NCBI GenBank assembly: GCA_964016885.1
Contig: OZ024743.1
Location: 84,506,001-84,570,000 of the forward strand
Direction of reading: 5' to 3'
Length of the DNA stretch: 64,000 nucleotides
From: Eledone cirrhosa
Lineage: Eukaryota
The translations under genes were made by a program, and so were the position numbers. Of the stretch, positions 39,511-53,600 are shown one piece after another. Position 1 is the stretch's first letter, and the number at the start of each line of letters is the position of its first letter. The notes beneath the pieces were generated by a model that saw nothing but the letters and a program-made list of their open reading frames with translations, ran no database searches and was not told the DNA's origin.

Positions 39511-42500
39511 CAGGTTGGCTTGCTTCAAAATTTTCCATTGACTCTTGTAGTGCGTGGCTGATTGCTACACTTGATGGTGAATTGATAGTTGTTTTTGTTT
39601 GTTTGTTGTTCGTTCCTTTTCTTTCACTTTGACCATATATTTTTGTGCATTATATTTGCGAGGTTCCTAGCAATGATTAATTGTATTTATTATATATGTT
39701 TATTCTGTAGGAATTGTAAACAATTTGTAATGTTATTTATACAACTGTGAATAAATTAAACAACTAAAGAAATTTTAAAAATTATAACTTTAGAAATTTT
39801 TGTTAATGTTCTAAATAGCTTACTAATGAAAAACTTTGTTGATTAAATTGCTCCAAATTTTTGGTTACTTTCAAAATTAATTGAAACATATAAGCAGTTA
39901 TTTCATTAGAAATAAGGTAATGACTAAATACCAGGCATTGATTGACCATTTCCATAGTGCATGGTATTACTTAACTTGACAGAAGGTGATCTCCCACTTG
40001 CACTTGATAGATTTTATTATGGGCATGTGATTAAAATGTCACAGGAAAGAGTTTACAGGCAAAACCAACTGGCAGGAGACCCAGGGGTAGACCCCAAGCA
40101 AGATGGTTGGATAACATCCAAGAGCTTGGTTGGGAATCCAGCTGGATCAGTTGGAGATAGTTGTTTCTGACAGGACCTGTTAGGAGTGTTTTCAGACTCT
40201 TCCCCCATGATCCTCTCAGGAATAAGTAGGTGAAGAAGAGAAGTAGAAGGGTTAATTACAATTTTTGGCCTATCAAGTATGGCTGGTATTCACTTTGTTA
40301 TTATTATGGTCCTACCCATGCTAGCGTGGAAGATGGATGTTAAACGATGATGATGATGATGCATCTAATCTAGGTGCAAGATTAGAACAGAATTGGCCAG
40401 AGCACCCGGAGAAAGTGTCATGTATTTTATGTCTATTTATGGTCTCATATAGCAGCAAGTAGGCAGAGTCATTAGAACATCAAATAGAATGCTTTTAATA
40501 CCAACCTAGCCAAAACCAGCTGTGGTTCTATGGAACAAATCTACCCATTTAAAGGCTTCTTATTTATCTCTTAATGTCCTGTACTGCATGAAATTACATT
40601 AGTAAGACATTCTTGAAAAGTGCAAAACAGCATTATGATTGCATTACATTAAAAATTAAAGTGTAAATCCATGTAAATTCTTCATTAATTCAAATATAAT
40701 GTATTTCATTAGGAATATGGTAATGAAAGAGTTAATGAAAACAGTCACCACAACACTAACACCTCTACAAATGAGGAAGGAGCCTGTACCTGGGAGAAAT
40801 AGCAGCTAAATGTCCCTCAAATCACAATCTACTGTCTTAAAAAGAAGGATACATTAAATGTTGTTCTGGATGCACTGTGCTTGAAAATGGGGCAGGATGG
40901 ACATGCCTGGAGTGTCTTTGATCATGGGTCTGCTCGGTCAGGGCCGACCTGGTGAAAACAAAGGCAACCACTACCATGACTACCACCACTGCAACTATCC
41001 TTATCATCATCATCATTATCATCACCATTACCACTACCATCATTATATTTATACCACATCACATCTACTAGCATTACTACCTCATAACACCCCCTCAACT
41101 TACCCCACCAAGCGGGGGGGGGGGGTAGGAATGTGTTGTTGCAGTAAATATACAGAAGAACTATGGGAGAGCGCGGGTTAAAATATCGGACATTCTTCAA
41201 ATAAGAACACAAACTATTCTATGTCAGTCTACAGTGGTCGAATAAGGGGGGGGGGGGGGGGGGGGGGGCTTAGTTTGGCACTTGTGATGTTGGCATTACT
41301 GTCTCTCTCTGTCTGAATCTCTTAGTCACTCTCTCTTTCATCAGTTTATGTGTTTCTCTCTCTTATCTATCTCTCTCTTTGTTTGTCTCAGTCTCTCTCT
41401 GGTTCTCTCTCTCTCTCTCTATGTCAGTCTGTATCTATCTCTTTGTATCTTTCACTTGTCTGTCAATCTTTCTCTTTTCTCATGCTGGCCTTTACCAAAT
41501 ATATCACAAGGACAAAGTAGAGACACATTATATTTCTACAGCACATGTGTGTGCGTAAGTCTACCATATGAGTGTGCATATATGTGCGTGTGTCTGCATA
41601 TATATGTCTGTGTGTGTGTGTATGTATATATATATACTGTAAATGTGGTTGGTGTTAGGGAGAACATCCAGCAACCGTAAAAAATCCAGCCAAAACACAG
41701 TCCTGCTATGAGAAAGGTACGACCAACTAGCCAGACCTCCCTCATAACGGGACCACACAGCTTCAAAAATATGGTTCTGCTATGAGCAGGGTACCGTGTG
41801 GTCAACTGGTAAGATTTGTCTCATAACATGACCACCCAGTTCCACATGGTAAATGTGATTGAGAAGAGCATCCAACAACCATAAAAACTCAGCCTAAATG
41901 CAGTCCTGTTATGAGCAAGGTAAGGTGTGGCCAACTCATCAGACCTGTCTCATAATGGTGCCACTCAGTTCCATACTGTAAACATGGTTGCTGTTAGGAA
42001 AGACATCCAGCTGTAAAAAAAAACAGCCAAAATACAGTTCCGTTTGAGCAAGCCAACTATCCAAACTTGTATCATAATGTGGATGACATGCCTAACCCCT
42101 GCAAGCATGGAAAAATAGACATTAAATGATGATGATATATATATATCCATGGACCCATAACTCCTGATGGAGTTGCAGGAACACCGTCATGGCAAACAAA
42201 ATGACTTGGACATTTTAAACCTGATTTTGAACAGGGATTTCTTCCAGGGAAAGAAAGGGAGTAGGTGAAAGAAAGGAAGCTTGAAAGAGATATAGAAGAA
42301 TCGACCCCAATACTGCACTGATACTTTTATTGACCTCAAAAGCATACTAATGTCTCTGCCAATTCACCACCTTTTATATATATATGATGACTATGCTGGT
42401 GACACAACAAAAAAGCACCCAGTCCACCCTATTAAATAGTCGTTTCGGTGCCATGATAAAAAGCACCCTGTCCACACTATAATGTAGTTCCTGTGTGGAC

Positions 42501-44563
42501 TGGGAAGGGCATCCAGCCATAGAAACCAAGACAAAATACAGATCCTTATGAGCTAGCCACAGTCATCTGATTTGACTTGTCACATAATGTGACATATCAT
42601 CTAAGCATGGAAGCATGGAAAAATAGACATTAAATAAATATGATAATGATATATATCTCACCATCGTCATCACTGTTTAACAACCATTTTTCCATGCTAG
42701 CATGGGAGTAGATGAGTTGTCTCATTGTGAGACAGTCAGATCAGATGACTATGTCTGGCTCATACAGAACTGTTTCTGACTTGGTTTCTATGGTTGGATG
42801 TTCTTCCTAATGCCAACAACATTTACAGTGTGGACTAGGTGTTTTATACATACACACACACATTTGGCAGAGTCAGTAGAGCATTGGCTATTTAATTCCA
42901 GGTCTTTGCAGTCTGAGATCCACTTTGCTTTTTATCTTATAAAAAGTACCAGCCCAATGATGTCACATCCTGGATGTTTTACTGGATTAAGAGAATGAGA
43001 GTTGTAAGGGTGTCTGTGTCTGTTCACAACTGCATGTGCACCTAGAACCCTTCACAAAAGCATAGCACATATTATCAAGTCAAACTCAATTGCAAGGAAC
43101 AAGTGCATATATACATATTGTATATGTTTGCAGCTTAATGGCTATAAATTACTGTTTGTCTTTCATCTCTTACTCCTTTGGACAGCGTTTGGCTTATGTC
43201 AGACGCTGTGACTCCAGATGGACCAACAGTACCATTGGTAGGAGTCAAAACTGCCCAAGTCAATCTCAACAGCCGATGACCATGGAGTTCAGTGTCCTTC
43301 ATTTATTTATTTACAAAAAATAATTTTCAAAGGTTTCCCCTTAAAAAATTGTTTTTCATTTTGTTTTGTCCTTTTTTGTTAATTTTCTTAAGTTTATATA
43401 TATATAATATTGGGTATCAATTGAAGTTGTAACTGCCATATAACAAGTACTAATCGAGCTGTTTGAGGCAATCACAAAGCACTCAATGGATCGAGAAACT
43501 AAACATTATCATAAGTGACACCACTGAGAGAGAGAGAGAGAGAGACAGATAGATATTTGTGTGTGTGATGTGATATGTTTGGTTGCATAAGTATTGGCAC
43601 ATGTGGTGAAATCGGAAGCAACTAGTGTGTGAATCATCCTTGCTAGTACACAACCTCTCCCTCACTAAGACTCTTCCCACCAGACCTCCCTGCAACCACA
43701 CATACTAGCTGGATCTCAGGGCAGCAATAGGCTCCACAGACACAGTGCATGGATCCTCCTGAGTAGATATACCCTTATCAATCACTACACAGCTGTTTTG
43801 CAGCTGCATTCCAGGAAGAGAAAGATTAATAGAGTACACCTTGAGAGAAAAACAAACTGTGATGGTCAACTCTAATCCTTTTGATAGTAACTTGTCCTAA
43901 ATCACCTCTGGCTTTCATCATTATCATCATCACCATTTAACTAGCATGGGTTAGACAAGCTTCCCCAAACAAAATCACTTCATTTTAAAGGTTTCTATTT
44001 AAATATAAATCTTCCAGGATTATTTGATACAAGAACATTTTCTTAAGTTATGTTACAAATACCATCTTAATTCTTTCTAACATCAGTAATTTGGGGGAAG
44101 AGAAAAAGGTAGTCATGCTGATGCCACAACAAACCACCCTCAGTCTACCCTGCAAAGTGGTAGTGCAGGTACCATGACAAAAGGCATACAGTCTACCCTG
44201 TAAGGTGGTGGTACTGATGATATGACAAAAGGCATAGTTTACCCTGTAAGGTGGTAGTGCTGGTACCATGACAAAATGCATCCAGTCCATCCACCCTATA
44301 AGGTGGTAGTGCTGATGACATGACAAAAGGCATACAGTCTACCCTGTAAGGAGGTAGTGCTAGTGCCACACCAAAATGCAACCAGTCAACAACAAAAAGT
44401 ACCCAGTTCACTTTATAAGGTTCTGGTGTAAACTAGTTGACATTAGGATGGGCATCCAGCTGTAGAAAACCAAGCCCAAAACAAAATGTACAATCACTTG
44501 ACCTGTCTAGTCTTAAAATGTGACATCCCGTCTAACCTATGCAAACATAGAAATAGATATTAA

Positions 44564-44750
44564 ATGGTAATGATGATGATGGTGATGGTGATGATGATGA
44601 TGATGATCATGATGATCATGATGATGATCATGATGATCATGATGATGATCATGATGATGATCATGATGATCATGATGATCATGATGATGATCATGATGAT
44701 GATCATGATCATGATGATCATGATCATGATCATGATCATGATCATGATGA
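44564..44750. repeat. (GAT)n/(GATCAT)n compound microsatellite, expanded tail of an RTE-tailed SINE
   Basis: Follows CCCGTCTAACCTATGCAAACATAGAAATAGATATTAAATG. Confidence 0.9.
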
Positions 44751-46498
44751 TAAAGAAGGCAACTGGACTGGCAAGTATTGTAGGTGGTATGCTGAAAATG
44801 TCTGACAAGGTATATTTATCAGTCTCTCTCTCTCTCTCTCATTGACACCTTTCATTGATTCATGCCTGTATACAACACCATCACCCCCACTACCCAATCA
44901 TCATCATACTCGCTTTCTCTCCTCTATTGAAACTCTTCATTGGAGCATCATACAATACCATCACACTATTATCCAATCATTCTTTCTCTCATGACAGCTG
45001 TCATCGGCCATATTCATCATCACATTTCTCTGTTGCTTTCCATCCACACTGCTCTATCTTTCCATGACACACACACCCTATTGCTCAACCTTCTGCAAAC
45101 AAACCTGTATGTACCATTCTCTCTCTTTCTCTATACCATCCTATTTACCCCACACTTTACTCTCATTCATTCATACTCTCTTCTCATTTAAACTCTTGGC
45201 TATGATGTCGTCTTCAAATTACACCCACAAACACTTCCATCTCAATAGAATGGAGACAATATAGAGTGGAAAGGACACTTTTACTATGTAGTGGACAAGA
45301 CAACCTATTTAGCATTGGTGTTATGATAAAATGTACCCAGTACACTCTATAAAGTAGTTTGGTGACATAATAGAAGCAACATAGAATAGAGAGAACTCCT
45401 TAATCTTGTCAAGGATGTGAGAAATTCTCTAGTACAGGTATTATGATGAAATGCACACAATGGCTTGTGTTAGGGAGGGCACCCAACCATAGAAAGCCTA
45501 CTAAAATTGGGAACACATGAGCAATCCATCTAGAAGCAATAACTGAATAAGAACTGACTCCCTATCCAACTCATGCCAGCATACGTAGAAAGTCTTGTGT
45601 CAAGTCAATCAGGTAGCACAGGAAGGTGTCATACACTATGACTGGTGTAACAGTATCCTCATCAACTGCTACAAGGGCACAGGAGATGCACTTGTGAGAG
45701 GCAAATATAGAGATGTCAAATAGTTAAACAGGAGAAGTTATGGCACAATTGACAAGAAAGAGGAATAGTCTAGATGAGATATAACTTACAGCCATGAAGA
45801 CTTCTGGTGTTCTGTGTCCCTGCATCATATTCCTACTCACTGCTATAGGGACAGAGTTGGCACATGCAGAAGTGAGCCCTATGAATTGAAATAGTCATTT
45901 CAATGTATCTCCCTCTCTATCCTCTAAAGTAACACTTTCTCTATTCTGTCTGCTGGGACCATGAGGCAGCTGGCACCTCGGGTTCTGCACACCAGAGAGT
46001 ATTCTCCCACCTTGTCCATGCACATATCATTGATGTAGCAATGGTATTGTTTGTTGATATTTATACTTACACAAACACATATTCAACTTATGTTTAAATA
46101 TTTATAATCGTCTCTGACTTAGGCACAAGGGCAACAATTCTGGGGTAGAGGAAAGTCGATTAAATTGATCCCAGTGTGTTACTGGTACTTTATTTTATCG
46201 GCCCCATAAGGATGAAAGGCAAAGCTAACCTTGGCAGGATTTGAAATCAGAACACAAAGGGCCACAGTAAAGCACTGCTGGTAGCACAAGAGATATGGTT
46301 CAGCTAGTATCAAGAAAAGGATCTACTGATACCACCTTTCTAATGAGACAACTGCAGAAGTACTTTATAAAATGTAAGTCACTATACTTAGCCTTCATCA
46401 ACTTGAAGAAGGCATTTTGTAGTGACAAAGGAAGCCAGAGATAGATGAATGGCTTGTGAGAGTCATACAATTCATGTACAATGCCAGTCAGCATGAGA

Positions 46499-46905
46499 GT
46501 TCATCATCATCATCATTTTACGTCCGCTTTTCCCTGCTTGCAAGGGTGGGACGGGTCTTATTCAGCACAGCATCTCTCCACTCGTCACGGTCCTTCGTCA
46601 TCTCCACCGTGAGCTTCAATGATCTGAGGTCTGTTCTCACCACCTCCGCCCATGTTTTTCGTGGTCTACCTCTACCACGTCTTCCTTCAACTGGCATTTC
46701 CTGGCACTTCTTCACCCATCGGTCATCCTCCATGCGCATCACATGTCCATACCACCTCAGTCTCCTCTCCCGTACACTACATTCTATCCCTCTCAGACAC
46801 AGTTTCTCTCTCAACACATTTATGCTGGGTCGTTCACGCACATTTACACTGCACATCCAACGGAGCATGCTTGCCTCATTTCTCTCCAGCCGTCGCATAT
46901 CCTCT
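46499..46905 (-). mobile_element. RTE LINE 3' fragment with (GAT)n tail
   Basis: RRLERNEASMLRWMC..RRLRWYGHVMRM..GRGRPRKTW..KTRPTLASREKRT*, directly followed by a (GAT)n tail. Confidence 0.9.
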
Positions 46906-47267
46906 TATCAATGAGTAATCAATACCATAATAAAGATTAATAGTTTTATTAATGTCGAATTAGTGGCCTGTTTCCCATGAGTCTCTCCTGTGTGATTTCA
47001 GTTATCAGACAGTTCTTGACAGACAAAAACTGTCTGATGACCCACTAAACATACAGTAGAAACTCTAGAGTGATAGGCTACTGACTCGACCTTAATAAAA
47101 CTGTTGATACACCCTCCAGTAAGATATATTGTATATATACAAATATAAATTTTATATAGCAATATACAGAGTTATATATATCAACTCCATAACATATACA
47201 CAAAACTACACATCTTATTCACGTGAATGTATACACAAAAGATAGTTAAAGTTAATCTTTCTATATC

Positions 47268-47492
47268 CTAGAGCTGCATCATAGGGATTAAGCGATTGAG
47301 AATAACAGACTTGATCCTCCTGGACAGGGCACCAGTCTGTCTCAAGGTTAACTCCCAGCTGCTACTAGTGCTTATTTTCAGCTGAGTTGACAGGAACAAC
47401 GTAAAATAAAAGACCTTACACAAATATACAACGCACCGCCCGGTTCGAGGGTCGAACATACCATAACTACTAACCCCCACACGCCTTCACAA
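47268..47492 (-). mobile_element. Second tRNA-derived SINE family (related copy ~10470-10710 -)
   Basis: tRNA-like head, plus shared segments CTCAGCTGAAA and CTGG(C/T)G(T/C)CCTGTCCAG. Confidence 0.6.
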
Positions 47493-47495
47493 GTA

Positions 47496-47559
<64 letters not shown>

Positions 47560-47563
<4 letters not shown>

Positions 47564-47735
47564 CCTGTCAACTCTCCCAGTCTGACGGGGAGATCTCCCA
47601 CCCACGTCGGGGTGAGTGAGAGATGTCTTCTCTTGTGAAACTGGGTATAGCTTTCATTATGTAAAATCTCCCCCATTTTGGGGCACTTTTTTTCATGGTA
47701 CTCCCTGTTTGAGATTTTAGAGGTTGGAAGGTCTG
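47560..47735. mobile_element. Short MITE inserted in a (TA)n microsatellite
   Basis: TIR CAGACCTGTCAAC..GTTGGAAGGTCTG, flanked by TATA repeats on both sides. Confidence 0.7.
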
Positions 47736-48135
47736 ATATATATATGCACATATATACGCTTATTATATAGTCAACTATAAGCAATAGAACTATATTATCA
47801 TTATATACAAAGGGATAACATATATAACATAACATTATATGCAAATTGCTGAACAGGTATAGTGACACACACAAATACAGCGAGAGTGAGAGTTGGTAGT
47901 GACTTCGAAGTTTCAGCTTGGGCTCTTTATCTGTCAGTCAGATGAAGCGACAAAGCTGAAACTTCGAAGTCACTGCTACTTTTCTTCTTAGAAAATAAAT
48001 TTTCTACACTCTACCCACCAGTATTGAGTACTCAATCAGTTAATGTGTGAGAATATATATATATTTGCGAAGGTGTACTATTATATGTTTGTATATGTGT
48101 GTGTGTGTATGTTTATATATATATGTGTCAAATCA

Positions 48136-48468
<333 letters not shown>

Positions 48469-48821
48469 TCAGTTGGTTTCTTTAATAAAAACAAATCTAA
48501 TGTAAGTAGAAATGAGTGAGAAAATTGTGAAATAAAGATGTTTGTGATATCGACTGGCTGGCTGGCTGTAAGATGGTGGATTAGATCTCGTTTTCGCACA
48601 GATTAAGTCTCGCGAGACTTTGTTATTGTTGTTTTTTTTCAGAAATTGCAGCATTTCCAGACTCACCTCATTCTTGTATATGAATGTGTGTGTGTGTATT
48701 TATACAGTATATCTATCTATAAATATATATATATATATATATATATAGTAGGTATGATGTATGTGTGTGTGTATGTATGTATATATATATATATGTGTGT
48801 GTATATGTATATATATATGTG

Positions 48822-48877
<56 letters not shown>

Positions 48878-50622
48878 AGTATTATATATATTCAAAACAA
48901 GGTAGATTTTTATTATTGCCTGGGGTGGAGGAACCGCAGAAAACGAGTATTTACGGCATAAAAAATGACAGGAAAAACAAATTTTACCTTCAAAATTCTA
49001 ACCAAACCTATCAACTAAAGCCCTTAAAATTGAAAAAATAAATAAAAAACGGAGGCGAGCATAATAATAAAAATCTTCCGAAAACAATAAAGCCCAACGG
49101 TTAAATTTAAACCATTTCTATTGTTATATATTTATACATTAGATTAAGAGTTACCAGTTTATGTGGGACACCAATTCTTTACAAAACCTATTACAATTTA
49201 TATTTATGTGTGTGCGATAGTCAGTGCTGTATTTGTTAAAAGTAGCAAGTCGGAATTGTCTGCCCCTACCTTACATAATCACACAGCAGACACACTGTTT
49301 CTTGTTAATATCATTTCTGAGAAAGACATTGTTCTGTTTAGTTACTCTCAATTCTCGAATAACCCCCCCCCATCAATTTTTCAGATTTTTTTCCTCCATC
49401 ACCCCGTGCTTATTAAATTTTGTTCGTCTATCTCCGACGAAAATTTACTTTAAGTGGTAGCATTCTTGCGACAATTAATTTTCTCTAGATATTAAAAAAC
49501 ATCATACAGGAGAAAAAAGTTCATTACTAGAAATACCACACGTTATAAATAAATAGGATGTGTCGGGGTCTCGGTGGATTGGCAGTATCAGTAGAGGGTC
49601 GGACGCCATGCTTTCTAGCATAGTTACGTCCCTTTACGATCTGAGTTCAAATCCCGCCGAGGTTGACTTTGCCTTTCATCCTTACGGGGTCGATAAAATA
49701 AAGTACCAGTAATGCACTGGGTAATTGCTGGCCTTGTGCCTAAAGTAGAAACAAATATGTAAACTAAATTACTAATTCTGGTTTTTAAAAAAATCAAAGG
49801 AGTTAACCTAGAAAATTTACTGATTTTCCAACCACTCCCTCCGCTTATTCCACACACACCCCTACTAGTTGGTACCCGAGACCGTATAAAATTGAACACT
49901 AGTATATCATTAGCGATTTATTTAATTTACCATCAAAAGAAACAAATTAATATAAATTGATCACAGAAAAAAAAGGGAAAAAATAAAACAGAGACGACAT
50001 GCACACACAATTACTAACTACAACAGAGAATGTTGATGTTTCCCCTCTAAATACTTTTCAGGCAAACCAAGACACGTCATCATCATGTGGCTTAAATAGC
50101 CAAATACATTCACACCTATTGCCTTATACTTTAGTAAGGCAAGCTGCCAATAAAGACACAAATCTCATTGTCAGCAGCCCAGCTCCTCTGAATGTCTTGA
50201 AGGTCACAGGTAGAAAAAAATAGACAATAGTTTCAGATTTACCAAGGAATGAAGTTGGGATTGTGTGACATTCATGCCATTCCCCAAAATGATAGGATCT
50301 CAAGTAAAAAAAACAAAAAGTAAAATGGATTATAACAATAAAGTTAAGGGAAAAAATGAAAAGACATACACACTGCAACAGACAAGGCCATATTTAATGG
50401 GGAGGGCGCTTAGCAATTTATTATTTGTGCCCCCAGCTGGGATTTTTTACTTTTAGGATGGTTAGAATTTTTTTTATTTAATACCTGTATGTATAACTTT
50501 TCAATTCCAATTACTTGTGTCTAGCTAACTTTGATATGTAAAATTGAGGGGTTTGCTGTGTATTCTAATAACTGGCAAGAATTTCCAGTCTAGAACTGTT
50601 AGAGGTCCAAACTGGTCAAAGA

Positions 50623-53600
50623 CATTTAGTAGGAGAAAGATGTGAGCTGTATTGCTTTGTTTAAGCAAGTTATCAATTGATTGAATGAAGTCATTACCAG
50701 AGGTGATAGTGAGACTAAGACACTGGAATAGCCAAGTATTTTAACAAGCATTACTTGATACTTCATTAAGGCAAGCCACCAACAATGCCAAGAACTCCGT
50801 TGTCCATGGCCCAATTCACACCTAATATTTTAAACATCACAGGTTGTAAAAGGTAATTTACTGATAAATCATAGTATTTCAGTTGTTTGGTTATGGAAGC
50901 AGTCATCATCATCATCATCATCATCACCGTTTTACGTCCGTTCTTCCACGCTAGCATGGGTTAGACGGGTTGTCCTGTTGTGGGCAGTGTCTGGTCGGCT
51001 GACCATGCCTTGCTCATACAGGAACTGATCTGGCTTGATTTCTACAGCTGGATGCCCTTCCTAACACCAACCTCATTTACAGTGAGTGCTGGGTGCTTTT
51101 TCGTGGCGCCTACACGTCCACTTTACAGTGTGGGCTGGGTGCTTTTTTGCCGTGGCACCTCCACGGCCACCTTGCGGTGGAGGGGGGGGGGCATATTGTT
51201 TATATGCTTCAGCATGTACCCATGGGAGGTCGGGTACCCTGTATTACTGCGTGACGCCAGAAGTCACGGTCGTGTGTCATTGTCTTTGAGAGGTGTAGTT
51301 GGGTAAGGTCGGCTTTTATCACCTCATCCCAAGTCATCTTGGGTCTCCCCACTCCGCGGTTTCCATCAACTTCTAGTGCTCTGCACCTTTTTATGCAGCT
51401 GTCATCCTTCATACGCATCACATGTCCATACCAGCGTAACCGCCTCTCCTGCACGCAGCATTTGATTCCTCTTATGCTCAGTCTCTCTCTCAATTCCTTT
51501 ATGCTTTGTCGTTCACGTATATTACTGTTACACATCCATCGGAGCATGCAGGCTTCGTTTCTCTCTAATCTACGTAAGTCTTCCACCTTCAGCGCCCAGG
51601 TCTCACTACCATGCAACATCGCTGTTCGGATACACGCATCATACAGTCTGCCTTTCATTCTGAGGGAGAAGCCTTTTGCAGCTAGCAGTGGTAGTAGTTC
51701 CCTAAACTTCTTCCATCCCGTTCTTACCCTAGTTATTGTACTTTCTGAGCACCCACCTCCGTTGCTAATTCGGTCACCTAGGTAGCAGAAGCTGTCTACT
51801 GTTTCTACAGGGCCCTCCCAGAGATTGGTGGTACTTGTTTCCTGTGGCTGTTTGCTTGCTGTTTCAGCACAGCTGCTGCATGTGAATCCTACATTCTTAA
51901 TTAAGCTTCCTGAGATCCCGCTACATCTCTTGTGTACCCATTGTTTGCATTTGGGGCAGAGAATGGAGTTTCTACCTACACCTTTCCTACATACTGAGCA
52001 AGGCCATTTCCCTGAGGGGATCTGGGTTCTGTTTTCTCGTCTACTTACAAGGACCTTAGTCTTTGTCATGTTGACTTTGAGGCCCTTTCTCTCTAGTCCC
52101 TGCTTCCAGGTTTGGAATTTATTCTCTAGTTCTACCATAGATTCAGCTATGAGTGCGAGGTCATCAGCATACAGGAGTTCCCATGGGCATCCGGTCTTAA
52201 ACTCCTCCGTTATTGCCTGCAGGACTATGATGAACAGGAGAGGGCTAAGAACAGAGCCCTGGTGGACCCCAACCTGTACGCTAAATTCCTCGCTATACTC
52301 ATTGCCAATCCTAACTTTGCTGACTGCTCCCCTATACATGGCTTGTACCGCTTTCACAAGCCATTCATCTACTCCTAGTTTTCTAAGAGCCCACCAGATT
52401 ACTGCACGTGGAACTCTGTCAAAGGCTTTCTCAAGGTCGACAAATGCCAAGTAGAGTGGCTTACTTTTAGCTAGGTACTTTTCCTGTAATTGCCTCACAA
52501 GGAAGAGGGCATCAGTGGTGCCTTTCCCTGGTACAAACCCAAATTGCATCTCGTCTATATTCACCCGGTCCCTAATCAGCTGTGCTATAACTCTTTCTGT
52601 TACTTTCATGACCTGGTCCATCAACTTTATACCTCTATAGTTTCCTCTATCTAGTGCATCGCCTTTACCTTTGTAGCAGTTGACAATGATGCTACTGCAC
52701 CAATCTTTTGGTATGGCCCCCTCTAGTATTACCTGGTTAACGATACGTGTGGTTATAGTGTGACCTACAGACCCAGATGCCTTCAGCATCTCGGCAGCTA
52801 TACCCGATGGACCGGTTGCCTTCCCTATCTTCATATCTCTGATTGCCTTACTTACTACGCTGCCGCTGACTTGTACTGCTGGTCCCTCTATAGGGTCTAC
52901 GTGGGGTAGGGTCTCTTCTTCCCATGCATTCTCCTCATTTAGTAATCTATCATAATGACTCTTCCATGCATCTTTCTTCTCAGCACTTGTGAGGGCAAGC
53001 TCACCTTTATCATTCCGGATACACTTCTCTCCAATGACATCACAACTATCTCTGACACACTGCCTCGCAATCTTGAATACCTCCTGTTTCTGGTCCTCAC
53101 GTTGTAAAACATGCTTGAATTTTCTATCCTCTGCTTCCCTCCTAGCTAAGTATACTTGTCGCCTAGCTTCCCTCTTGGTCTCTATGTAATGTACCCTGCT
53201 CCCAGTGACTCTACCAATCTCTGCCACAGCATAGGATATGAGAAAGAACAAAAGAGTCACTGGCAATAACATCTCTTATAAGGCATTTACCTCTAACCAA
53301 AAGGCAAAGGGTAAGAACATCAGACCTTTTTTGCATCAACCTTGGACAATTTGGTTGGCTCTAGAATTGAGAGGATATTGACTCTGAAGATTCAATTCAG
53401 TATGGCAAGTGAAGCAACCTACATTTAGTTGACATGACAATCCATGAAGCCTCTCCCATTGCTCTAATGGAATTATGAAGATTGCCACAAAGTAGAAACA
53501 GTGGCAACTGGATAAATGCTGGTCTTGGAGTTGAGAAAGATGTGAAGGGTGTAATAAATGTTTGTGTATCAGGAATATGGGCAGAGGATGGTGTAAACAG

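Noticed and set aside
41247-41268. Poly-G run as a functional G-quadruplex
   Set aside because: A simple homopolymer with length prone to sequencing error and no supporting context.
49572-49753. tRNA gene (box-B-like GAGTTCAAATCC)
   Set aside because: It is the head of a multi-copy SINE continuing into the core and tail; no complete cloverleaf.
53191-53272. Signal-peptide-like start MLLPVTLLFFLISYAVA on the RTE ORF (domesticated, secreted RT?)
   Set aside because: Non-ATG start in flanking DNA that is in frame by chance with a 5'-truncated LINE.
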